From assembly GCF_009914755.1 (NCBI RefSeq), contig NC_060932.1: a stretch of 64,000 nucleotides of DNA, one strand, 5' to 3'. The translations under genes and the position numbers were made by a program. The first letter of the stretch is position 1. Every line of letters starts with the position of its first letter. This document shows, one piece after another, positions 1 to 13,384 of this stretch. The stretch comes from the human T2T-CHM13v2.0 reference genome, Homo sapiens. The notes under the pieces were generated by a model that did not search any database, was not told the origin of the DNA, and worked only from the letters and a program-made list of their open reading frames with translations.

Positions 1-249
1 ATAAAATAATGTTTTACAAATCCTACTACTAAAGAATGGGTTTCCCAAATTGTATATAACATATGTTCCCATGCAAGATCATTGATGTGCTATATAACGC
101 TCCCTTAAGGCCCTTACCAAATGTTCTCTCCTCCAAAAAGATTTTTGCAGATTACCCAAAGTCCTATAGAACCTGTCTGCTCCTATCTTACCCCATATAT
201 AAGAGAGATTTGTTTGAATATTTACCCCAGAAATGGCATGAGATTTGAA

Positions 250-405
250 GACAGATGATCCAGCCTTCCAAACTGGACCTGTCACTTACAGAATATGTCA
301 TTTAATGCCTCAGTTGGTTTATATATAAAATGGGTGTTGATAATGAGATGCATCTGATAGCATTGCACTGAGAAGTAAGCAAGAGAATACTCATGAAAGT
401 GCTTC
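250..405 (+). mobile_element. Degraded MIR SINE fragment
   Basis: gcctcagttggtttatatataaaatgggtg...gaaagtgctt resembles the MIR core gcctcagtttcctcatctgtaaaatggg...gtaaagtgctt; ends approximate. Confidence 0.55.
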
Positions 406-650
406 AAAAACAGGAATGCACTATAAAAAGGTCTCTGCATGTAAGAATATTATGGTAAGCGTTAATGAGAAGTACCACCTTGTTTGTAGGCACACTAGTT
501 AAAAAGAACACAAATCTCAAGGGAATTGATGTCATCTGTGTCTGTTGTGAAATACACAATGAACTGTCTTCTGACGGAGTCAATTTACAAAACATCAGAA
601 GTTTTAAGTGCTTCCATTTATGGATTTTGTGGCTCTTGGGATATTGTTGC

Positions 651-695
<45 letters not shown>

Positions 696-717
696 CATTA
701 TCATCATCATCATCATC
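651..717. repeat. Compound (TAT)n(CAT)n microsatellite
   Basis: Seen directly; produces the poly-Y/H and poly-I ORFs. Confidence 0.97.
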
Positions 718-2163
718 AACTCCTACCAGACTCACATATTATGCTAGAGCAGAGGGAAGGTAGACACTCTTTAGAACATAAACTGACAGAAGCTGCTTTT
801 TTCCTCCAAGGTAGTGGCATAATTCAAGGGAATATAAGGCACAATTATTTATGAATCATCTTGATGTGTCCTTTTGTAGGAGAAAAGTGAGGCCCCTGGG
901 CTGAGCCCAGATGAGAAAGGGGAGGCAAAGAGAGAGAGGACTTGCTCAAAATCCTAAGGGGAAATAAATTTTGAATTACAAAGGGGCAAAAGCAGAGAAA
1001 AAGAGTTTGGAGCCTCATAAATTAAGAAATGGAGGGAAATGAATGGCATTTGGGAGAGAGGAGAAAGAGACAAAGAAAAGTGGAGAGTGTGATAGAATGA
1101 GAGACCCAAACGACATGGCAGGGAGGGGTGGAATCTACCTTTTGGATTGGAAGACAGTGATTCCCATCACTCCTGTGCAAAAACGAAGTGAGAGGGGAGC
1201 ATAGATTTGGAATCCCCCAAACACTCCCAACTCCAGGATCTCAGAAATCTTGTGGAAGGGACATACTACATGGGGACTCAGATAATTGTATTTAAATCTT
1301 AAAAATATTCCCAGAAGATAACATAAGCCCCTGGGAGGTGGATTCCTGAGCTACACTGTATTGATTTCCGTTACTTTTCAAACATGAAATAGGAAGCACA
1401 GAAATCACCAGATGCAACCACCTCAATCTGGCAATGAAGAAATGGAGGAAGACCCAGAGGCACTGGGCAACCTGGTTTCCAGGGCAACCTGGCAACCAAT
1501 TCATTACTGCTGGCTTACTGAACCAGGTACATTTGATAAGGAACAGTAACAAGGTTTTCTTTCTTTGTGTTTTGTTGTTTTTACTGTTTTGGCACTACCT
1601 CAATCTGTTCTGTTGCATCTCCCTGGTCTTCCCCTTAACAGCATCTCAAGCAGATACTAAAGATGTTTAGCCATTTTCACCTATAAGAACAGTTCCATGT
1701 TCAGGTATCAGAAAATATAATCTTGCTATATCAACCCTTTCATCTCAGTGTCCTTTGGAAGCTCCCCCTCTCCTATTTCTCAGCTCTGGAACCAGCGGGG
1801 AGCAGGGGTGGGGGGCATGACTGGTTCCACCTCCTTCCTTGCTCCATATCTCCCTCCACTACACCTGCTCCTTTGGACTCCTCCAGTGTCCAGACAAGAG
1901 AAGAGTGAAAGATAAGAGAAAATATACAAAAGGTGTTTTTACTTAGCTTAAGTATTTGAAGCCCTCTCTGGACTATCAAATGCCTTGTGATGGCAGGCAT
2001 GCAAGGCTAGCTCTTTCCTGTGGGGGTCTTTGTGGGGCTTTGAACATCCTCAGCCCACACCACAGAGCAAGTTCCCCAGGCACTGAGTCAACTCCTACTT
2101 AGGGTTCCTCATCATCAGCTTAGACTATGGGACCACACCTCCCTCCTCTCTTTGGCACGTGTG

Positions 2164-2165
<2 letters not shown>

Positions 2166-2194
<29 letters not shown>
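2166..2194. repeat. (CA)n microsatellite
   Basis: Seen directly. Confidence 0.97.
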
Positions 2195-2199
<5 letters not shown>

Positions 2200-2369
2200 G
2201 AAGTAAAACAATTGCCATGTCCTGTGTTTCTCATAATTGTCTTCAAAGATGCCTTTGCAATGGCTCTCCAGCCTTTTCTGCAAAGCAGGGTTGATGTTCA
2301 CTGGATCTGCATGGACATTCATGGTGAAACTGTGGAGACAAGTCTCAGACTGCATGGGGCACCTGTCAT

Positions 2370-2530
2370 CCATGGTGATCTTGGCCAATTTGCCTCTCAG
2401 TCTCCTAGTTTCTTTGTTGATGAAATGGGCATGATAATAATAGTACCCATCACAGAGGGTGTTTTAAGGATTAAGTGAGGAAATATATTCAAAGCTCTAA
2501 CAGCAGTTTCTCATCCATAATTATAAATAT
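2370..2530 (+). mobile_element. MIR fragment
   Basis: gtgatcttggcc...gaaatgggcatgataataatagtaccc...aggattaagtgag matches the MIR core and 3' part. Confidence 0.7.
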
Positions 2531-3065
2531 TGGCTATTATTTTTCTTATTGTCCCCAGCTATGGATCCTCAGCCAAAACTCTGAAGCAGCAGGAAATAAC
2601 CCATTAAATACCATGTTTCATTCAGATGTCCCCCAGTTCAATCACCTCATCTTCCAATGAGGAAACAGAGACCCAGAGGCACTGGGAAACAAATCCAACC
2701 CTGACTGGTGTTTCCCCTTCTCAGTGTCCACAACATTCATTACCCAAAATATATACTCTGGAAAATGATTGCATTTGGTGTAGCATTTGATTATAGAGTG
2801 TCTAATCCTTTTCTCTACAATAGCATGATGAATAAGAGTTTTCCTATTTCCTAAGAATTAAAGCTTAGAGTCAAGAACAAGGAAGCACTAATTACCCCCA
2901 CATTCTAAGGAGGGCTGTAAGCAATTAGGCCTGGACTTCTCTCCCAGGGATTACTAAGAAATATAAGAATCTTCCCTATAAGAGCCTTCAAACATCCCAC
3001 CCCTTCTTATCATGGTATAAGAGAGAGGAAAAATGAAAGGGCAAGAATAATTGGCCTTGCAGATG

Positions 3066-3257
3066 CAGTTACTAGATAAAATACAAGGCACACAGTTAAA
3101 TTTAAATTTCAGATCAACAGGAATAACTTTTCTTACTATAAGTATGTTCCAAATACTGCATAGGACATAATTATACTAAAAACTTATTACTTGATTATTG
3201 GAAATTTCCATTCACCTGGTTGTCCTATATTTTTATTTGCTAAATCTGGCAACCTTA
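3066..3257. mobile_element. MER53 palindromic hAT-type MITE
   Basis: agataaaatacaagg...cagttaaatttaaatttcagat...tataagtatgttccaaatactgcataggacata...tttgctaaatctggcaacc matches recalled MER53; internal dyad symmetry visible. Confidence 0.85.
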
Positions 3258-3731
3258 GTAGGAAGAGCAGTGTTTGTGATAAGAGTGAACTCTGTCCCCT
3301 CTGAGATGGCCAGAATAACACTGAGCACCCCTCAGAGGACACCACCTGCACTCCTCAGAGGCCACTATCTTTGAGAAAATTGCCAAGAACAGGTCAAACC
3401 ACACCAAACCGAGAGTAACAAGGAATGTCTCTTCACTGTTATCACATGGTCAGTTGCAAAATAGAGTCCCTGCCTTCTCTAGCTCCAGAGAAGCTGGACT
3501 AAGATAAGGAGGAGAAAGGAGATGTGTGTGTGTCTCATTTGGGGACAAAGCAGATTATGATCATCTCACCCCGCCCCCCTCTCTCTCAACTCCAAAATGG
3601 AGGAGAAATGACAGTGCAGATCTCATGATCACACATCTCTTCCCATTTCAGGTCACTCATCACGAAGTTTAAAAATATACTTCGGATTAAAGCTTTAACC
3701 TAGAGCACACTTTTAATAATTAAAAAGAGAA

Positions 3732-4086
3732 TGTATTAGTCGGTTCCCACACTGCTAATAAAGACATACCCAAGACTGGGTAATTTATAAAGGAAAGAAG
3801 TTTAATTGACTCACAGTTCCACATGGCTGGGGAGGCCTCATAATTATGGCAGAAGACAAAGGAGAAGAAAAGGCTCAATTTACATGGTGGCAGGCAAGAG
3901 AGCATGTGTGTGTGAACTGCCTTTATAAAACCATCAGATCTCATGGGACTTATTCATTACCATGAGAGCAGTATGGGGGAAACTGCCCCCATGATTCAAT
4001 TATCTCCACCTGGCCCTACCCTTGACTTGAGGGGATTATTACAATTCAAGGTGAGATTTGGGTGGTGACACAGCCAAACCATATCA
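3732..4086 (-). mobile_element. THE1-family MaLR solo LTR
   Basis: Starts tgtattagtc and ends ccaaaccatatca (reverse complement of THE1 termini); 355 bp. Confidence 0.93.
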
Positions 4087-5716
4087 AGGACAGAACTTCT
4101 GCTTTCAGAAAGATGAAGTAGATGTATTCTATCCTATTCTTCCCTAAGTACAAACAGAAATCCTGGATATGGCAGATATAAAAAAAAGAAGACTAAAAAG
4201 TGGAGAGAGGAAGGCCGACAAGCTAGTAGCCTCGGGACCTGAGAACGATGCCATGATGAGTTCTCTATTTCGTGCTCGTTTGGTTGGTTGGTTAGTTTTT
4301 CCTCTTATATCTCAGACTGTATACTGGAGAAGCCAGCAACTCAGAAATACCACTGACTCAGGCAAAAAGAAAAAAAAAAGCCACAAGGAAAGCTTGCTCT
4401 TTCTAGCCAAATGATCAAAAAATGGGCAGCCTGGCAAGGTAGAAGGCTTTTAGACAATAATTTCTCCACTCTAGCCAAACACCACTTTTCTGGTAACCCC
4501 ACCAGCAAAGAAAGGTAAAGTGGAGAACATAGACCTCACCGTTGCTGGGCTATAACAAGATGCCCAACTCCCTTGTTGGGGTACATTCAGAGATGGTTGA
4601 GTCAGGAATCAAGCCTTTCATCACTACTCAGCAATAAGGAGGCCTCTCTCCATTCTCCCTCACCTTCTCTCTCCTCCTCTGAGGTATCAGTGGGGTCCAC
4701 ATGGGGAGGCTGGACTTCCATCCCCACTAGATAACAAGAAGCTTCTCCCCCTGTCTACCATCATGGTGTCAGAGAAGACCTCATGAGATGGGAGAACTTT
4801 AATACTACTCATGGGTGCTGAGGCAAGCACTCCACTGACAGAGTCAGGAGGGGCCATGTGGGGAGTGGTAAGAAAGTTCCCTGATGGGAGACAGAACTCC
4901 CACACCTACCCAGCAGTTACAAAGAGCACTTTCCACCCACAAATGTCAATGGAGTCTGAACGGAGAAGTTGTAATTCAACCCCACCTGGAAGTAATTAGG
5001 TGGCTCCACACTTAACCCATCAGACTAGTTTCAGGATGTGCCTGCTAAAATAGAAGCAATAAATAACATCCGTATAAGAGTCATAACATAATACCCGAAT
5101 TGTCCTGGTTTCAACTGAAAATGACTCATCATACCAAGAATGAAGAAGATCTCAAACTGGGCAAAAATAGAGATGAACACTGAGATGACAATGATGTTAG
5201 GATTATCTGACAAGAACCATTATAATGAGCAATTATGAACACATTTGAAACAAATGTTAAAATGGAAAGCTTTAGCGTATAATAAAAAGGTTCAGCACAC
5301 AAACAGAAGACATAAAGAGGAACCAAACAGAAATATTAGAACTGATAAATAAATAAGGAATAAAGGAAGTTCTCTAAGCAGAAATAAAATGATAAAAGAA
5401 GGAACCTTGGAAGATCAGGAAGAAAGAACAAACAGGAAAAATATGAGTAAATACAATAGACTGTCTTTCTCTTCTTGAGTTGTCTCAATTACGTTTGATG
5501 ATTTAAGCAAAAATTTTAACACTGTCTGATTTGGTTCTCAGTGTATATGGATTATAGCATAAGTGAAGGAAGGTAAAGAGACATACAGGGAGGTAATATC
5601 TTTCTGCAGTTCATTTAAACTAGTGAAGTGTTCATACCAGTAGGTTTTGAAAAATTGTATATATGCAGTGTTATACCTAGAACAACCACTAAAAACAGCT
5701 AATAAAATATATAGAT

Positions 5717-6150
5717 ATTCACAATAGCAAAGACATGGAATCAACCTACATGCCCATTGATGGTTAAAGAAAATGTGATACATATATACCATGGAATACT
5801 ATGCAGCCATAAAAATGAGATCTTGTCCTTTGCAGGGACACGGATGGAGCTAGTGGCTATTATGCTTAGGAAACTAAAACAAGAACAGAAAACCAAATAC
5901 TGCATGTTCTCACTTATAAGTGGGAGCTAAATGATGAGAACATATGGATACATAGTGGGGAACAACACTGGGGCCTTTTGGAGGTGGGGAGGGTGGGAGA
6001 AAGGAGAGGATCAGAAAAAAAACAACTAATGGTACTAGGCTTAATACCTGGGTGATGAAGCAATCTGTTCAACAAACCCCATGAAACAAGTTTACCTATT
6101 TAACAAACCTGCACTTGTACCCCGAGCTTAAAATAACAGTTAAAAATAAA
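5717..6150 (+). mobile_element. L1PA13-16-type 3' fragment nested in the older L1
   Basis: ttcacaatagcaaagacatggaatcaacc...ggagaggatcagaaaa...tactaggcttaatacctgggtgatg...aaacctgcac...aaataaa. Confidence 0.85.
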
Positions 6151-6477
6151 TGAATAAATCTATTTCAGTTAAAAAATAGATAAATGAAAATGGAATTACC
6201 AAAAGCATTCAAGTAACTCACATAGATAGGCATAAAAAAAGAAAACAGAGAAGCGAAAAACAGAACAAATGGGGCATGGGGAGCAGACTTAAGCCTTAAC
6301 ATATTATGATTACATAAAATGTAAAATGTTGAATTACTCCAATTAATACATAAAAACTGGAAGAGCAGATAAGAAAAAAACATGACTAAACTTATGCTGT
6401 CTACAGGAAATCATTTCAAATATAATGATACACATAGGTTGAAATTAAAAAAATGGAAAAAGGTATAATACAGAAAC

Positions 6478-8703
6478 TATATTAGTCTGTTCTCACACTT
6501 CTATGAAGAAATACCTGAGACAGGGTAATTTATAAGAAAAGAGGTTTAAGTGACTCACAGTTCCACATGGCTAGGGAAGACTCAGAAAACTTACAATCAT
6601 AGTGGAAGGCACTTCTTCACAAGGTGGCAGGAGAGAGAATGAGTGCTGAGTGAATGGGGAAGCCCCTTATAAAACCATCAGATCTCATGAGAACTCACTC
6701 ACTATCATGAGAACAGCATGGGGAAACCACCCCCATGATTTAATTATCTCCACTGGGTCCTGCCCTTGACATGCGGGGATTATTACAATGAAAGGTGAGT
6801 TTTGGGTGGGGACACAGAGCCAAACCATATCATTCCACCCCTGGCCTCTCCCGTACCTCATGTCCTCACATTTCAAAGCACAATCATGCCCTTCCAACAG
6901 CCCCCCCAAAGTCTTATTTCAGCATTAACCCAAAAGTCAAGAGTCCAACGTTGCTTCTGCCTATAAGCCTATAAAATCGAAACCAAGTTAGTCACTTCCT
7001 AGATACAATGGGGTTATAGTCATTGCGTAAATACACCCATTCCAAGTGGGAGAAATTGGCCAAAACAAAGGAGATACAGAGCCCATGCAAGTTTGAAATC
7101 CAATAGGGCAGTCATTTAAACCTTAAAGTTCCAAAATAATTTTCTTTGACTCCATGTCTCACATCCAGAGCACACTGATGCAAGAGGTGGGCCCCCAGGG
7201 CTTTGGGCAGCTCTGCCCCTGTGGCTCTGCAGGGTACAGCCTCCCTCCAGGCTGCTTTCATGGGCTGGCATTGATTATCTGTGGCTTTTCCAGGTGCATG
7301 GTGCAAGCTGTCTGTGGATCTACAATTCTGGGGTCTGAAGAATGATGGCCCTCTTCTCACAGTGCCCCTAGGCAGTGCCCCCCTGGGGACTCTGTGTGGG
7401 GGTTCCAACCCCACATTTCCCTTCCACACTGCTCTAGCAGAGGTTCTCCATGAGGACTCCACCCCTGCAGCAGACTTCTGTCTGGACATCCAGGCATTGC
7501 CATACATCTGCTGAAATCTAGGTGGAGGTTCCCAAAACTCAATTCTTGTCTTCTGTGCATCCCCAGGCCCAACACCACATAGAAGTTGTCAAGGCTTGGG
7601 GCTTGCACCCTCTGAAGCAATGGCCTGAGCCATACTTTGACCCCTTTTAGCCATGGCTGGAGCTGAAGCAGCTCGGATGCAGGGTACCATGTCCTGAGAT
7701 TACATAGAGCAGGGGGGCCCTGGGCCCAGTCCATGAAATCATTTTTCCCTCCTAGGCCTCCAGGCATGTGATGAAAGGGGCTGCCGTGAAGGTCTCTGAC
7801 ATGGCTTGGAGACATTTTCCCGATTGTCTTGGTGATTAACATTCAGCTCCTCATTTTATTCAGATTTCTGCAGCAGGCTTGATTTTTTCCCCCAGAAAAT
7901 GGGATTTTATTTTCTATTACATCATCAGCCTGGGAATTTTCTGAACTTTTATTCTCTGCTTCCTCTTGAATGCTTTGCTGCTTAAAAATTTCTTCCACTA
8001 AATACCCTAAATCATCTCTCTCAAGTTCAGAGTTCCACAGATCTCTTTGGCAGGAGCAAAATGCTGCCTGTCTCTTTGCACAGCAAAAGTGACCTTTACT
8101 CCAGTTCCCAACAAGTTTCCCCTCTTCATCTGAGACCACGTCAGCCTGGACTTCATTGTCCATATGACTATCAGCATTTTGGTCAAAGCTATTCAAATAA
8201 GTCTCTAGGAAGTTCAAAACCTTCCCACATTTTCCCATCTTCCTCTGAGCCTTCCAAGCTGTTCCAACCTCTGCCTGTTACCCAGTTCCAAAGTAACTTC
8301 CATATTTTGGGGTATCTTTATAGAAGCGGCCTACTCCCAGTACCAATTTACTGTGTTAGTCCATTATCATGCTGCTATTAAAAAATACCTGAGACTGGTT
8401 AATTTATAAGAAAAGAGGTTTAATTGACTCTTAGTTCCACATGGCTGGGGATGCCTCAGTAAACTTATAATCATGGCAGAAGGCACTTCTTCATGTGGTG
8501 GCAGGGGAGAGAATGAGTGCTGAGTGAAGGTGGAAAGCTCCTTATAAAACCATGAGATCTCATGATAACTCACTCTCACAAGAACAGCATGGAGGAACCG
8601 CCCCCATGATAAAATTATCTCCACCTAGTCCTGACCTTGACACATGGGGATTATAACAATTCAAAGTGAGATTTGGGTAGGGACACAGAGCCAAATCATA
8701 TCA
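6478..8703 (-). mobile_element. Full MaLR provirus (THE1D/MSTA-type LTR 6478-6832, internal 6833-8351, LTR 8352-8703)
   Basis: Two similar ~350-bp LTRs flank ~1.5 kb of internal sequence; minus-strand ORF fragments (QRDLWNSELERDDLGYLVEEI) match those of the provirus at 32382. Confidence 0.93.
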
Positions 8704-11700
8704 AACATTAATGAAAAAAGCAGAAGTAGCTATATTAATACTGCATAAAGTAGACTTTAGAAGCAAATTACCAGAGACAGAGAGGCATGCTTATGCAATG
8801 ATAAAAGAGCCAATTAGCTAAGAAGACAGAGCAGCCCTAAATGTATATGCACCAAACCATAGAGTTTAAAAAAAAATGTAAAGCAAAAACTGATAGAAAT
8901 GAACAGAGAAATACACAAACCTAAAATCATAGTTGAAGACTTCAACACTTCTCTCACAACAATCAAAAGAACAACTAGAGAAATTACCAAGAAAATAGAA
9001 AAAGTCAACCATACTAACAGGATATAATCACACTTGTAAAACATTCCACCCAACAACAGCAGAATACATTATCGTCTCATGTGCCCACAGAACATATACC
9101 AAGATAGATGACATCATGCCAATAAAACAAACCTCAACAAATGTAAAAGAATTGAAATCATGTAAAATATGTTCTGTAACCAAAATAGAATCAAACTAGA
9201 AATCAACAAAAGAAAAATAATAGAAAATGTTTTAAACACTTGGTATCTAAATGATACGCTTCTAAATTATCCATGGATCAAAGAGGAAGTCTCAAGGGAA
9301 TAAAAAATACATTGGACTGAATAAAAGTGAAAATACAACATGTTAAACTATAACATATGGATCCCAGAGCAGTACTGAGAGGGAAACTTATAGCACTACA
9401 TGATATTCGAGGAGGAAAAGTCTCAGATCTATAATATAATCTCCCAACCCAAGAAATTAGAAAAACAAGAACAAAATCAAAGTTAGCAGAAGGAAAGAAA
9501 TAATAAAGAGCAGAAAAACATAAAATTGAAAACAAAAACATAAGAAAATAAACAAGATTTTTTTTAAAAGATCAATAAGACTGGCAAAATTTTAGCAAGA
9601 TTAACAAAGAAAAAAAGAGAGAGAGGACACAATTTACCAAAACAAGGATATCACTGCATACCCTGAAGACAACAAAAGGATAATAAGGGAATATTATGAA
9701 AAAGCCTATACAAAAGATTTGATAACTTAGGTGAAATGAGCCAATTCCCTGGAAACAAGCCAACAAAGCTTATTTGGTGTGAAGTAGATAATTTGAAGAG
9801 TCCTATGCCTCTTAAAGGAATTTAACTTGTAATCAAGGACTACTGAAAATAAATCTTCATATCCAGTCAGTTTAACTAGAGAATTCTACCAGATATTACA
9901 AGAAGAATTAACATGAATTATGCACAGTCTCTTCCAGAAAAATGGAGGAAAAGAGAACATGTCACAACTTGTTCTGTAAAGTCAGTATTGCATTATTACA
10001 TTCATACCAAAATCAAACAACAATATCATAGGAATAGAAAACTACAAACCAATACACTGTATGATATAGATAAAAAATTCTTAATAAAATGCTAATCATT
10101 GAATCTAGCAATATATAAAAGAAATTATATACCATGACCAAGGGAAATTTGTTTCAAGGATGGAAGTACAGTCCAATATATACATATAAATTGATGCAGT
10201 TCATCATATTAACAGGCTATAGAAGAATTTACTGATCACATCAATTGATGCAGAAAAGCTTTCATATATTTCGACACCAATTCATGATATTTAAAAAATT
10301 CCCAAAAAATAAGAAAAAAGTTTCTCAAGCTTGATAAAGGATATCTACAAAAATGTACAACTAACACCATACTTAATGGCTTAAGAATGAATGTTTTTCC
10401 TTTAAGATTGGGAATAAGGCAAGAACATTCACTCACACCAGTCTATTCAACATAGTGCTGAAAGTTTCAGCTTGTGCAACAAAGTAATAAAACAAAGTGA
10501 AAAGCATACAGATCAGAAAATAAATTGTTTCTATTTGCCAATGGCATAATTGTCTCTATAATATAATTATGCTGAGGAATCTATAGTCTGCTGGAACAAA
10601 TAATGAATTCATTAAGTTCATAGAATGCAAGATCAATATACAAAAGTCAATAGTATTTCTATATACTAGCAATGAAATGTGGACACCATAATTAAAAATA
10701 CAATACCATTTACAGTTGCTCAGAAAATAAAATTCTTTGGTGTCAATCTCACAAAACATGTATAGAATATTTATGTTGAAAACTACAGCACATTGATAAG
10801 AGAAATTTAAAAAAGAAGTAAATTTATGGAGATACATACCATATTCATGGATTGGAAGATTCCATGTAGTAAATGCATCAATTCACTTCAAGTTGATATG
10901 CATGTTTAATACAATTCCTATTTTTAGCTGTTTTTAGCAGCTTCACTTATAATAGCCAATGGAACAGAAGAGATAACCCAGAGATAGGCACACACAAGTA
11001 TGGCCAACTGATTTTTGATAAAGCTGCAAAAGCAATTCTATGGAAGAAAGACAGTGTTTTCAAAAAATGGTCTGGAAGACAATAAATAAATAAACCTCCA
11101 CTTAGAAACTCCCAAGACAACCCTCAATAAGTAAATGCTTAAACAAACTATGTTACATCCATATAATAGAATCATATGGAATTCTACCCATCAATGAACT
11201 ATTAATACACACAAGTTGGATGGATCTTAAGAGCATTATGCTGAGTGGAAAAAAATCCCAAAAGGTCATATACAGTATGATTTCATTTACATAACAATTT
11301 TTGAAAGAATAAAATGTAAAGATGGAAAACAGATTAGTGGTTACCAGGGGTCAGGGATGGTAGCAAGTGAGAGTCAGTGTGATTATAAAGGAGTTCCATG
11401 AGGAAGATCTTTGTGGTGATAGTAAGAGTTCTCTGTCATTATTGTGGTTGTGGTTACACAAATTTATTTCTTATGAGACTTGAAGTCGTGAATAATTAAA
11501 TTTTAGGTTCCTCATTTTTAAATTAAAGGGTAAAGAAAGTTTTCTCATAAAGTTTATCACCATCAAATATAATACCCAGGTCTCTCTGGCTTCCAAATCC
11601 ATGTGCATTCAACATGTAATGCAGGACTGGAAGTCACTGATTAATTATGAATACTTTAATCTTATTTGGGTATGTATGAGTTGGCTTAAGGAACATTGAC

Positions 11701-11967
11701 CCATAGGTGCAGAAAACAGAACAGGTAAGTTTTGATTGCTGAAGGATGAAGCAGGAAAAAGTGAGATGTTTCTTAAGTGGGTTACTGCTCTGGTATTTTC
11801 TGGGCATAACTCAGTTTCTTATAGAAGTTTAGGCATGACCAGGAGAGGCAGTGATTTGGAACCAAGGCATGATAGATTTTATGTCAATGGCCTTAGCAAA
11901 AGTTGCTTTATAAGGTAGAAGGATCACTCCAGAGGCAAAGTCATAAGAATCAATAGTGCTGTTCTGT

Positions 11968-12100
11968 TCCATTAAGCAAATGCTTATTGATTACCTGCCT
12001 TATGTAATGGCATTGTGTGAGACCCTGGAGAAAACAAAGATGTGTGAGGCAGTGTCCCAGATTTCCAAGGATTCTCCCAGCCTAATGGGAAACAGATGAG
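11968..12100 (-). mobile_element. L2 3' fragment
   Basis: cattaagcaaatgcttattga...ggcattgtg...aaagatgtg resembles the reverse L2 3' end. Confidence 0.55.
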
Positions 12101-13384
12101 CCAATGTGACTGCAAGTGCCAAGTTAGAGGAATCTTTGGGGAAAGATGCAACTTTGGGAAAGCGATGACTTGACATCGTGTTAAAGTTCAGGCTATTTTT
12201 TGATGTGGTCTCCAAGGCAAGATTCATACACATTTACCTTCAAATTTTAACTAATTGAGAAATAGACATGGATATTACAAAGAATAGAAGCAAAAGAAGT
12301 GGTTGCTTGTTTTGGTAAAACTACATTGTGTAACTCAGCTTGAATCTATAGTCAAAATCACTCTGAACCTTGGAATGAACAGAAGGAGAGAATCAGATCT
12401 CAAGAGAAGACCACACACCTGGAGAAGCTCCAACTGCTTCACACCTGACAAGAATTAAGACCTCTAAGAAGAGAATGATCTACAGTAACCATGAAGCTGA
12501 TGTGTTACTCCCTCTCTGAATTCTGGGTTTCCTTTTTTTTTTTTTAAATGATTAGGGAAAAATATGTGATTGGCACTTCTGAGGGCCCTAAAGACACTTA
12601 AGCTGTGTTAAAAGATTAGTACAAGTGAGCCACACATCCTCCTCAGGGAAAATCACATGGCACTATAATACATCACAGCTTGCACAGGGAACTTCATGCT
12701 GTTTGAAATTACTGAGGTCTTATACATAAATCTGGAAATTCAGTCTGCAATAAGGGTTTAAAGCTAAGTGTACCAGGAGGGTGGATACTGGTGAGATGGG
12801 AAGACCGTGGGGATGGATGATTCAGTGCTAGCTGTTAGCTTTCCCAGTCAGGAAACATAGCATGTTGGAGCTAGTGGAGTCAAGTGGCTCCTGAGGAGGG
12901 CTTAACAACTGGGAGAAAATATGATACCATGGGTATCTGAGATGATACCATGGAAGGGAAATCCCATCTGCTTAAGGGCTATGTTTGCTAGTCACACTCT
13001 CACCTTGTACTTCCTAGTCACAGAACAAAAACTAGACATGGGTCTAATAAATTTTGAATTAAAGAGATTTTTTCCTCAGAGGCAATCACTGCTAAAATTC
13101 TCTATGAAAACCATTTTCCACTTTCTTTCTTCCCTGCTTGTCCAAAAGCAAATCTTACAAAAGAACCTCTTAAGAGTGGCATCTGTGGTGCAATCTGCCA
13201 CTTAATCCCTTTCAGAATCATCAGCACACTTGAAATTCATCTGCTCCTCTCAAAATCCCTGGGGGGCATCCACAATAGCTGGCATCATCAAGCACTTTTC
13301 TTTTCCAACTCAACTGTAAACTTACAGTTTTCAAGGCAGTGACTTGACTTTGCCATGCCTTTTCATTTCTTTTGGCAGAACGTG

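Larger units (their letters stand above)
4090..11465 (+). mobile_element. Ancient near-full-length L1 (L1M4-type 5' region, L1MC1/2-type 3' end), fragmented, with nested insertions
   Basis: 5' acttctgctttcagaaagatgaagtaga; endonuclease start near 6300-6470 (tgctgtctacaggaaatcatttcaaa, a CCLQETH-like motif); ORF2 remnants 8704-11070; 3' UTR cagattagtggttaccagggg...ctttgtggtgat; many stops. Confidence 0.8.

Noticed and set aside
465-854. Poly-Tyr/His and poly-Ile ORFs
   Set aside because: Produced by the (TAT)n(CAT)n microsatellite
7112-8381. Overlapping 100-160 aa ORFs, also at 32548-34139
   Set aside because: Frameshifted remnants of MaLR internal sequence, not host genes
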